DNA of 64,000 nucleotides, taken from NCBI RefSeq assembly GCF_964204865.1, contig NC_135260.1, positions 13,640,001 to 13,704,000 of the forward strand, given 5' to 3'. A program made the translations under genes and the position numbers. Below are positions 41,271-54,000 of the stretch, one piece after another. The notes under the pieces were generated by a model. That model was not told where the DNA came from. It worked only from the letters and a program-made list of their open reading frames with translations, and made no database searches. The DNA is from Styela clava (lineage: Eukaryota). Each line of letters opens with the position of its first letter. The stretch's first letter is position 1.

Positions 41271-43167
41271 AATACTTTTCTCGTTTTTGTTCATAAGTAC
41301 TCTTACTACTAATCAAACAATTATCTGAATAATACTAAGACTTTGATTTACTTGCTCCAATAATGCAAACACACGTTTCAGTAGAATAGACTTCTGCGGT
41401 GACAATTATGGATGTCATTATAATCCTTTCCTCAAATTGAAAATATTCAATCCCAGTGACACCCCACATAAAGTTCTTCGCTTTAGAAAATCTTCAAACC
41501 ATGCGAAATGTAATATTGACTATGTTCGAGATTATAATAAAATTTCATGCTTGAATTGTCCACTTAAAACTGGTCTCTCGCGAATTGAAAAGTTATTTTT
41601 AGTTGACGCAGATTTGGAAAAAATATTTTTGTATCACAGATATATTTTGGATTATGAAGAAAGATGCACTCAAAAAATCGGATGATTAAATAAAAGCAAT
41701 ACTTAAACTAAATCCTAGAAAAAATGGAATGTAGACGCCTGACAACACCAATATTATAGTGTTCAGAAATTTGAGAAGAATGATGCAAAATGGTGGATTA
41801 TTGAAAAAATGTCAAATACAACAGTATAGATCCATAACTTTGAGTTATGTCACTGATTGTCCGGGATCTGTAGAAGTGCTCGTAAAAGAGCTTTGAAGGA
41901 AAGCGGAATTGCTAATCGATTCTGCAAAATATTTACTATTATATATTGTAGACCCAATGTCACAACGCTTCTCCAATATTACTGACTGTCTATTGTCTGT
42001 GTATGTTTTTGGTGCCAATTTCAATAATTACGAAGATTGTTCGCTGAAGAAACCACAAATTCCTGCTGATAGAAAACTATGCAGCTATTGAAAATATTGT
42101 GACTTAGTATAAGCTGTGTATGGGAATTTTATTATATAAAAATATGCAAGCAGAATATGAATCTCTGTTACTTTAATAATTTTTCATTCACTCTTCAAAC
42201 GTCTCTGGGGATATGTTTTCTTTTGCATCGTAGGCCGTAGATTATCTATATTCTAACCATTTGAAAATTACAAACATTTCAAAAAACAAACATTTCAAAT
42301 ATTAGGTACTTTCTACTGTATTTTTCAGCATATATATTAACTTTTTCGAATTAATATACTTTATTACAACGGCCACATGACCACTAAGTTTACCTGCTTC
42401 CATGCTAATAAAAAAGCTCGTTGTTAACTTCCATTATTGGGCCCACGATCATGGTAAAGATTTATGCTCTCAATGTTTTGTTTTTCGTTGGGTCACAGCA
42501 AAACCAAACATTAGTAATGTTGCTTGCTTTGTAACTTGAAAGTTATTTGCCATGGAGTAGACAACCTGTTTCGTTTTTTCATTTTGTATTCTTAGTCTTG
42601 TGTTGTTGTTATAAAAAAAATCGATTTTCTCATTAACTGCTGGACCAATTGCTTTTCAATGGTTGAAGATTGTATTTTGCGCTCGAAAGGCTATTACTTT
42701 TTTAATTTGAAAATTGCTTTTGGCTCCAATGGATTCTTTTTTTTCGTGTCCGATGACGTCATGAAAATAAAAAAGAGCGCACCTCGTGACCGTTCCGCGT
42801 TCGTGATTTGGTGGTAGAACGAAGCCTTGAAGGCTGCGGTGCCAGTAGTCTGCTGTGACAGATTGTATACCCGTACTACTTCATTTTGGCTTTCGTGTTT
42901 CTATATATATCTAAGTATCGCTTTGTTATTTTTCTTGGCAAAACTCTGCGTTCATTTGGCGTTTCAAATGAGTTGTGAGATCAAAATAAAGATGTGTTTC
43001 CCGATTTCACAAATGGGCCCCTACATGTTGTCAACATCGATCACTCATTGTACTATCATGAGTAACGGACGTTTACAACCGATTATGCCACGATAGTGTG
43101 TTAAAAGGGCAAATTTTAAATGTAACATTCGCATGAAGGTTTTGTAAAATCATTTTGTAGACCCTCC

Positions 43168-43579
43168 AGATCTCCAATTAAACTAAAAATATTTGCTATT
43201 TCAACAATTTAGCTTAAAGATGTAGCCGAAATGGGGAATATTTGTGTTTGTGTAGTATTTGTGTAGAGCTCTCATTAAAACACGCCAGTCATTCAAGACA
43301 CCTAAAACCTCAAACAGCATTCGAAAGAGGATATGACAGAAGCAAAGATTATTCTTTCTGGAAAATAAAGTCCAAGATCTCCAATTAAACTAAAAATATT
43401 TGCTATTACAACAATTTAGCTTAAAGATGTAGCCGAAATTGGGAATATTTGTGTTGTGTAGTATTTGTGTAGAGCTCTTATTGAAACACGCCAGTCATTC
43501 AAGACACCTAAAACCCCAAACAGCATTCGAAAGAGGATATGACAGAAGCAAAGATTATTCTTTCTGGAAAATAAAGTCC
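43168..43579. repeat. Tandem duplication, 2 x about 206 bp
   Basis: AGATCTCCAATTAAACTAAAAATATTTGC..GGAAAATAAAGTCC occurs twice with few differences. Confidence 0.92.
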
Positions 43580-45022
43580 CTCTCAATGACATTTTCGATG
43601 CTTGGGGACCCTGGCAAATCTGATGAATTCCACTGTGACCAAGGACCCATGCACAAAGGAATAAAAAAAATTCAATTTTTCGGCGGCACAGGTGGGGCCA
43701 TTACAAGTTGCCGGTCGAATATTTATGTCAATGTTGCATGTAAAATTTGCTTTTTTGACACACCATAGCGACATTATTGGATTGTGAACGTTCTCACTTA
43801 TGACAATACAATGAGTGAGCGATGGGTGAACAGAAATGGAGGCATGGCTACTCGTGCTTCGACTTGTACTATAGTTGGAAATTTAGAAAAAAATTCTATT
43901 TTGATTCAATTCAAGTCTTTTATTCAATAAAGATTTATTTAAAATGAATTTGTATTAATTTATTTTGGATTTCTTACGAAAAATACAAGGAACTCATCTC
44001 AGGAATATCAAAAACACTTGAATAGCACCAGACTATGTTATACTGAAAGTTTTACGCAGTTTTATATCACAAAAACCTAATGTTGTGGAAATTCCCTCCC
44101 ATCTTCACAAAATCAAAATTTGAAAAGGAATAAGCTAATTTTCTCATTGTACATGACAAAAGCTAACACAAAATCTAGATAAAAAGCTGTGAACAAAAAG
44201 TGCTACAGTGTTATTAATATTTCAATCAAAAACAGCGTTTTTATTTAACTGAATTATGAGATATTTACAAAATTTATTTTTCCAAATCAGTAAAAATACT
44301 AGGTTTGTTGTCATGTGTTGCACGAAATTGAATAGATTTGATGAATTAGAAAGAATAAATAGATTTATCTAGATGAAGATCATTCGTAGCAACGCTGGCA
44401 AAGTCTCAATATACCTTGTTTTCGAAATTGAAATTATTTCAATATTAAATGTTGTTTTATATTTATATACCGGTTAAGTTTTTACATGAAAGAACATGTC
44501 CAAGCTAAAAGCAAAATTCTTCCTAATCGAGATTCTATGGATCGTTGCACACTATTGCAAGAACTTTTTTTAAGGAAGGTTTATGCATGAAAATGTATTT
44601 TTGTTCCAATCATAATAAAAAGCTTTAAATGACTTACTTCTCAGATACAAAGAAAAATATATTTGAATTATGATTAGAATAGATTATTAAGATATGTATT
44701 ATTGGACACGTTTAGTGGCCATAACGATCGCTTCAAAATTTTTTTGTTATTAGTATTGTTATTTGTCTCCGTCTCCATTTTTAAAAAATCGCTTTTCTCT
44801 TCGAATACTGGACCAATTGCTTTGATATTTTCAGTGGTTAAAGATAAAAAAATTTTCCAGAAGGCTATTACTTTTTTTTCTCGCTATGACGTCATCAAAA
44901 TGATTGCCACTGGGTGCTACGTGTTCATATATTTGAGCATAGCTCTCTTGTTAAATATGTTAATTTTGATTTAACTTTTGCCAGCTGGGCTAACTTTACG
45001 TTGACAATTTTGCGACAGTATT

Positions 45023-48000
45023 TTATGAAGGTCTATGCAGGATCGGAAAACTATCAACTGATGGCTTCGATCGCATTTTATACAATGGAACTTTTCCTTT
45101 CTCTTGATTGTTGGTATTCTCGATATTTATGAACCCATCTATCGGCCAACCATCAATTTTGTTCACTTTCAATATTTCACCTTCCCGAACACCAATCTCT
45201 TTCCTTTGTGTTCTCGCTGAATGGTCAGATATCGCAACGTAAGGAAATACTGCTTCATGAAAGTAATACATATCGTCTACTGATTGCCATCTGGTAGATG
45301 CGTCGTGATGATTGAATGTTAATAGTTCGTAGACGAGACGGCAAATCTGCAAAATTGGCAGAAATAAGATTTATTTCATTAGAATATACCGTGATGTCCG
45401 ATCGGGTATTTTTTTTATTTTTTATTAAAAAGCACTTCGCAAAATAGCATTTCGTACTGAACAATACAAAATATGTCACTCAAATGTGGTAAAAAAACAA
45501 AAACACTTCACACTATTCTATGCCATCTATGGACTTTCCCCGACCTTTGACCCCCGAAAACTTCTTTCAAAATTTTCGGGGCTTTTTCAAAAGTGCTTTT
45601 GCGAGTTGGCGCCTGTAAAATGGGGTATGTGTTTTAAATCGCCATTAGGCTTCATCTTATACAACAATCTGTTTTTCGAAAGTATTATACCGGTAAAGAA
45701 TTTTGGCTTAGTCTATCACAGTTATTTCTACACAAATTTTTATTACTGCAATTAAATTAAAACTTCTAGGAACACAAAGTGATCATTGAATTATCTGATT
45801 TTTATTTGAGTTTCCGAAACACAACTGAAAACTAACAAATAGAGTTCTAAAACGCGAAAACGAGGTGATGTTTACGACCACGCTTGAAAATCTGTCAGAT
45901 TGGATGCGAAAAGGGGGCATTGTTACGTCACTTTTTGCATCTTGCTGATCGACCAATGTCACGAAGTATACAAGGAAGTCGATGCTCGGGGAAAAGTCCA
46001 TTGCAGTAAAATTACACACACTCAACTTCGTTATTTTACTAATTCGCTACAGCTATTTTTTGTCGTCATGGCCTGAACCGGCTTGTCAACAGCTGAGTTG
46101 TGCTGTCAGTTTTGTTTTGATTGTTTTCAGGATTGTCAGACTGGTAAGTATAGTAATTTGGTGAGGTGGTCAAAGTTTTCTTCCAGTTTGAATAGCGAAC
46201 CAATTTATGGCATTGCTAAACAATGTTTTCACATGTAAATGATACATTTTGTCTCCTGCAAAGATTTCGAATACTGGTTCATTATTGTTTGTATTTTAGA
46301 CAGTGTATAAAAAAATGTTCAGTGTCTTCTAATTCCCTGTTTCCTTGGTTGCATGTCTTATTTACATATTGATTGAATTTTGAAAGGTGTTTATTTAGCA
46401 TACCATGTCTTGTTTGAAGTCTAAAAATATTTCTTGTTTGTATTCTTGATTCTTTTATTTCTTTCAAGTAATTTGGTAATATTTCCGGAAATATTCTTTT
46501 ATGGTATAGTCCTGGTATGTTTTGTTTATATTGTATATTCCATCTTTCTCATATATAGTTTCATTTGACCTTTATTTTCAGTTTTTAAAAAGTCCTTTTC
46601 GTCAAGGTTTGAATGATACAAATCGATCTCCCACATATTCATGATGCCGGGTTCATAATCGGGTATTAGGTGTTAAGTCTCTGGATTCTTGATGATGGTA
46701 AGTAAGGAAGTTTTTATAATAGAATAAACAGGCAGTACATGACACGTAATGCGCATTTTAAATCATTGTCCCCACAAATGCATTTGTTTTCATAAAAAAA
46801 TCTGTATATTTCTTCTTTGCTTAGAAAAAATATTTTTCAGCTACTTACATTGGAAGACCCCGTACATGCCACAAAATCACATAGAGAAAGTAGATATACA
46901 TCGGTGACTATTCCATGAAGAGCATTGAGTCCTCTTTGCATAGTATCGGTTGGAGTTGTGAGGAAATTGTACGAGGGATATCTTGATAACAGAACAAAAA
47001 TTAATGATATGTCATGATTTGGTTCCAACGGAGACGATTTTAAGATTGGGCGACTGGAGAACGCCCGGTAGAATAGATTGAAATTATGAGTTTATTTTTT
47101 GTTATCCTTTGCACAAACAGAGTCGTTGTTTGACATACATCAATTTGTTTTAAAAACTTAACTACCCTACACAGTGAATACATCCTCTGCTAGAACGATA
47201 ATTTTACACGAAAGACATTTCTTACTTCGTTGTTAATTCCTGATAAACTTTGTCATCATCGGTTGTCACATATACAGTTCTTTGTTCTATATTTTGTTCG
47301 TCGAACCAATTTTCAATAAAAAACATATATTCTTCAACTTCGTGTTTTTTTGCTTCTCTAATCAGTTTGTCCCCACGACGAATATGCATTCTTGACAGGA
47401 AAAATGATTGAAATAAGCAAGCAGTTTGGTGGTTTTCTTTTTTTTATCAATATCGATGAAAGAATGACATTTATTAAGTTTTATACTATATTTTAGTGTT
47501 TTAGGCTGGATAATTAGTGTTTTTATGCTGTTAGTTAACTTTATTATAAATGTGAGAGCTACAAGAGAGCAATGCTCAAATATATACACACAAATTTCAA
47601 ATGATTAATGTAGTGTCAGCAAAATTCATATGACATATGCTTATGCGGGTAAGGTAAATGATTGATATTGGTGAAGAATTCATGATCCTCCATACCCGGC
47701 TATGGGATTAGTGAATTTTATTTTCTGGGCGGTTCTGTTAAGTTGATTCACAAATTCAGGCCTCATTCTCATCGCATATCCAATGAATTGAGCAATCCAC
47801 CAGGCAAATGGATCCGCATTATTTTGAATAATATCTTGAGATATTTCCGATGGAATTGATATAAAGTCGTATCCAGTTGGATAAACGGCATTACCATTCA
47901 CTATTTGTGAGTTACTCTGTCCTGGGAACAAATCGAAAATTAAAATAAATCAAGGTATAAAGTTCACGAAAAGATAGCTGTCTGTATAGAAAAATTCTAA

Positions 48001-51000
48001 CTATTTTTATGATGATTCAATTATTCAATTGTCTTGTTGCACAGCACTAACCGTAACATATATATTTCTTTGGTATCACGTCAAAATTCTTTAGACATAC
48101 ATAACTTAACTGTAACAGGAATAGATTTACCATGATTTCTCGAACTGGATTTTTCGTGAATATCTTAAATTTGCTTTACGTATTACACGTTGTATTTACA
48201 AAACTTAATAATATAACTTCACAATATTTATATAGGCTGTTTGTTATACCTGTATATTGTGTTTCGTCACAATCACTGAGCGGGGCAAAGAGATGACTCC
48301 ATCCTTCAGGATCATATTTCCACCCTTTCATATGATGAATCATAGTTCTTTGTTGTTTAAAAGCAGGTAAAAAACATTTGAGTATGGTGTGCAACTCACT
48401 GCCAAAACCAGCTTGATTTACCATATTACATACATGAACTGATGCACTGTTGCAATTATTAGGATTCTAAACAAAGAAAACAAACATATATTTTCAGTAT
48501 TAATCGACAATAGTCCTACGCAGTGAACAATTATAAAATAGGGCTTCTGCTAACATGAAAATCTTTGTTGGTCACGAAGTGTACATATGGATCGTTTTGT
48601 TATGTTGTTCATCTTGTTTGTATTTTTTCCTACTTTATCTTGTGACAAAACCTCTTTTCTTATTAACTACTAGACTAGAGCAATGAACCTTCGCCCGAGC
48701 ACCGACTTCTTTGTTTACTTCGTGACAATGGCCAATCAGCAAGATGCAAAAAGTGACGTAACAATGCTCTCTTTTCGCATCCGCTCAGACACTTTTCTCA
48801 CTCAGACAGATTTTCAAGCGTGGTCGTAAACATTACCTCGTTTTGGGGTTTTTGAACTAGTTTTCAGTTGTGTTTCGGAAACTTAAACATTAATCAGATA
48901 ATTGAATGATCACTCTGTCTTACTGGGAGATTCAATTTAGGTGCAGTAATATAATATTAGTGTAGAAATAACTGTGATAGACTAGGCTAAATTCTTTATT
49001 GGTACTTTTAAAAAACAGATTTTTTTATGCGATAAATCATAATGATGGTTTAAACACATGCCCCATTTCACAGGCGCCAACTCACAAAAGCACTCTTAGA
49101 ATAGTCCCGAAAGTTTTGTAATGGTTAGGTATAGGAAGAATTCTTAGGAGGTCAAAGGTCGGGGAAAGGTTCATAGCTTTATTATTCCTAGTAGTTGCAG
49201 ATTGCGTAACGAGCTATTATTTTTATTTATTTCACAAATTGGGCTCTTCTCTCTATACTTCACAATTGCAAAATTTTTACGTTTATTTTGAGAGTGCCAT
49301 GGGTATTTGATGCATACAAAATGGCCCACATGTTCAAAACTATCCTTTTTATTAAAAGCATTTATCCACGTGCGACTAACTGCGCAGGTACTGATGGCTA
49401 ATTTTAAGCTAGTCCATCTCAAGGTTTGCGGAATCAATCTTTGATTATTGCAACTGAACTAAAAGTACCCGGAAGAAATAATGACAACCAAGTTATTTGA
49501 ACGCCGAGAACGAGGCAATGTTCACAACCATGCTTGGATATCTGTGTAAGCGAAAAAGGTGTCTGAGCGTCTGCACAAATTCCAAATGTTCCGTCATCGT
49601 TACTTTATTGCTGATTGGTCATTGTTGCAGACATAAAGAAGGAAATCGATGCTCGGGGAAACATCCATGAGATTGTTTTTTTTTTGTGTGCGATAACGTA
49701 ATCGAAATTAAAACGTGGACCTATTGGCGGTTCCACGTTTGCTGCTGCCTGGTGGTCAGGCGAAGTCGTTAAGACTGCGGTACCGTTAGCAAACTATATC
49801 ACAGATTGCATACCCGTAATACTTTGTTTTGGTCTTTGTGTCCATATACTTGAGAATCGCTGTCTTCTTCTATAATTTGGATTTACAATATCGACAACGG
49901 TAAAGTGAGTATTCAACTTGAGCGTTAAACTGGCATGAGTATTTGAAAAGGAGAGTGATATAAGCATAAATATAGGCCCTAGTGCGTCGCTTCAATTATG
50001 CTAGGGCGTCGCGACACTTTTTTTTCTTCTGCGTATTTACGAATTTAAAAGCTAAACTTTTCTTTAATGGGGTTAATACAAGCCATAAATAAATCTAAAT
50101 TTCACAGATAAATTATATATATAAAGGCTGTAAATTTGACACTTGAAAAACGTATTAATAAATTAAGGGTTGAATCTTGTCTCTTTTGATAATTTTAAAA
50201 GACTTGACGTGCGCGATTGCATTTTGTTACAATCGCCGATTGTTTTCGTCAGCGTGGCGGTTTTTTTTTTAAACCTTAACATCTTTACGTCGAATTTTAT
50301 TCTCTTTTATTTTATTTATTGATTGAAAAGCGGCATTATGAATGACTAAAACTAAAACTCAAAACGGAGGATAATACTAAGTTTTGTTTCAACAGACTCA
50401 CGACAGATTGAAGCTTTTTTAGACAATGCAAATCCCAAAATTTGGTGTTAGGTTAGATTTTCTTTGGTTATTCATCGTAGTAACTGAAATCGAAACACAG
50501 TCAATTATGCGCGTGATGTAACTTTTATCCATTCTGAGACTACCGACGGAGCCGCATGCAATAACATAAATTTCAATCGTTCGTATTTTGCCCAGACCTT
50601 GTGATTTTTTAAACGGTGATATCTTGCGAAGAATTTGAGTGGCAGACCTGCGCGGTCGGAGTTAGTGTTGCAAGAACGGCTCAAATTTGTCAAATTGGCT
50701 AAATCTACCACACTGCCACGCAATCAGCTATGATTACGATTGTGAATTAATCGGGAAGGGCACAAATATCTTATCAAACTACTGGCACCGCTAGTAGGTA
50801 TGTTCTTTTGTGGGCATTATGATTTTGTTTCTAATACCTTATGATAACAGCGTTGTTCAGGATACACGGTAGTCCACAAGAACTTCGTTCACTTAACTTT
50901 GTTTCTCGTTTCATGTCCGCGGATTGCCGTGGTAATTTGAGAAGTAATGATTTATTACATTGAACACAATTAACCCAATGAACGGGTCATTTTGAATATG

Positions 51001-54000
51001 CCCGCATCGGTCATAGATTGTAAATTGTACTTTTTGAGTTTTAACGTCAACCTAGGTTTTTTTGTAACGCCGATATCTTGCCTAAAAATAATCTCGAGTG
51101 CGAAAGAACAAATCAAGTTTGACAAATCCCAAGATCGCAAAATTACGATTCCAATTTATTTATTGTTGGCAGTTTATCACGTATTTTATATTATTTTAGA
51201 ATAGTAATCTTTTATTTTAGTAATCATAATAGTAATCTCGAATCAAACGTGAGTAACGATGAGCCAAATTAAAATATTATGAAAAGACAATTTAAATGTT
51301 GCTCGCAATGGTCATGGATTGAATATTTTACGCAACAGAAATTTCGTTATCCACTGAAATTTTTTTTTTCAATCGCGCAGAATGTTGAGCAAAAATTTCC
51401 GATTCCAATTTTGAGCCCCTCTCCCTCTTAAGAATCCTGGCTGCGCTCATTCTTATAAACAAGAGAGCTACGCCCAAATATATGGACACGTCTGTTCGCA
51501 GTACAGTACGGTTTACCGTACCGTCAGATCACAGTCTACAAATATATTCACATCAAGCGAAGCAGTACAGTAGGACACAAAATGGCGTCCGATGTCCGCA
51601 GATTGTTTAATGACGTCATAGCAAACAAAAACGAATCTCACAAAGCTAACAAAAATATTTGAAATAAATAAAAGTGATACCCTTCTGGAGAAAGATTTCA
51701 TCTTTAACCAGTAAAAATTTCGAAGCAATCGGTCCAGTAATGAAAGAGAAAAGCGGTTTTTTAGATTTTCCACTAGATATCCAAAAAGTGTCAAAGAACA
51801 ACAACAACAACAACAACAACAACAAGACCAACATAATATTGAAACGATCGTTATGTCCACTTCGTGTCCAATAATGTCATTTCTGAATTCCGCTTCTTTG
51901 CCATATTTCGAGGCTATACTGTTGTCAAATTTTATTAAAGCTGTTATTGCTTCTTTGAACAATTTCAAAATTAGCAAAGTCAGTATTTTGAAAAGTAATA
52001 GAATAGCACGCGGAGCACCTAGGTTTCTCCCGCGGAGCCCGGGGGCGAGGGACGAGTGAAGAGTGAATGAAAAGTTTGTGAAAAGTTTGATGTCTCCAGG
52101 TTTACCTCAGTGATTTGTTCTTGATTTATTTAGATGTAACATTTGAGTTCTCCCATTAGAGTAAATACTATAGTATTCAAGTTTCTGGCGTTGTTTGGTG
52201 AGTATTCGAAGTGCCGCTCGCTGCTCAATAACTAGTATTGGTTTTTCGCGTCTTTCCTCACCCTGGAATGTTTTATTCTATTTTACCCTGTATATGCAAT
52301 TTACGACGTATTTTCATTAATGATGGAAAAATGAATGAATGACTTCCAATAAATTATATATCTATTAAACTTTCAAATTGACTTTTTCAATTTTCATCCA
52401 ACTATGAAATTACTGAATTAAAATAAACTGAATGAATTAAGTTTTTAATTGAGGAATTCTGACAGAACTGAGCCAAGTCTAGTCTAATCTCTGCCAACTT
52501 ACACTGTCTTCTTTTTGCGACACTAAACTGATTTAGGTAAGAAATATGTTAACTAGAAGGGATGCTAATCCAGTTTTGCATTTATCCATGACACGAACAA
52601 CATCACGAATTTTTGCAACGAATCAAACGTATGAATCGTTTTGTTAAATTCTTGTTTAGAAAAATATGTTTTTAAACTATATATATCTTTTTCGTGGAGA
52701 CTATTTGGTCAATTTGTACTCACTTTGTGATCTGTTAGAATATCGGCACTTATATGCGATGATGGCAGAAATTTAGGTTATCTTGTCTGAAGTATTTATG
52801 AAAATAACTATCGATAATTCAATTATTTTACGAAAAGGAATTCTTATTGTTAACTATTCAATTACCTGCAGTTTGGCTATTTTTTCTTGGACGTACATCT
52901 GTAAGTTATCCATATTTTTACGGGCGATCGTTTCAGATTCTTCAATTACATTTTTAAGTTCTTTCTTTGATTTTCTTGATAAAAAAATATTTTTTATAAA
53001 AATCGTTTTCAAATTTTGATTTTTAATCTACCTTATAATACGAGTCATTTTCATTTTATCAACACGACCAAGCACTTATTCACTCAATTCTAGATGAATA
53101 TTTTATCTAATCTCAACAGGGCAAGCTGAAATTTATAACAGATTAACTAATTTAAATCAATAGTCTCGTTTTCTGTTTCCCTCGTGTTGATTTAATAAAA
53201 TAAAATTTTGTTCAATGCTTGAATGCCATTTAGGTGCTATGACTTTAGCAATTACACAATAATAAGTAACTCACATATATCCATTGTTCACAAATTTGTG
53301 GATGTCGCTTGGAAGACCTAATATTTTAATTACCGATGATATATGCAACCAGTAATATTTCAGATCAGAAAGGATGTTTGAAAGAATGTAGAATTCCGTG
53401 AACTGAAAAAAAAAAAGATTTAATGGAATCAGTGAAACAATATTCTCTAAGTCGCAAGGAAAATAGCCGGACAAGATACTGTAAAAGTAATATATATGCT
53501 AATTAAATCATAGACAAATTACACGAAGACGCTAAGTCGGAGTTTGTAATTTTGTTTATTGCAGAGCTGGGAGTCGTGGTTGAAGTTCTATGTATTTAAA
53601 TTAGAAAGTTCTCAAACCGAGAGCCAGTGAGTCAAAACAGCAAATATTTTGCAATTATGTTCCAAATTTGTTCTTTTTGATTCTGAGTCGTTGTCAAATT
53701 GTTATTTAACCTAGTCTCGGGAGCTAGAATCCATTTTGAAATTTCTGTCAAACCGGTCATATTTTTAGTCAGCTGCTGTCATTAATTTCAGCTGTAATTG
53801 GTAATATTTGGTGGGTCTTATTTTCAGGTGATGTATTTTATTTTCATTTATCAAAAACAAAAATTTAAAGAAGAGAATTACGAGGTTTTCGAATATACAA
53901 AATATGAAAACCGATATTCATTTACTTATGAATAACACGTTTCCTCTCTCACACGTTTTAGATTAAGCATTTAAAACGTGTAAGAGAGATTTCTTGCTAT

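Noticed and set aside
40190-42100. Coding-looking stretches (e.g. minus-strand ILISALQDLEDF..., ORF 41437-41685)
   Set aside because: Many stops and no recognisable family by eye; cannot support a call without a search.
51513-51977. ORFs with poly-Cys, poly-Leu or poly-Asn runs
   Set aside because: Translations of the (AAC)n microsatellite in a HINE-like repeat.
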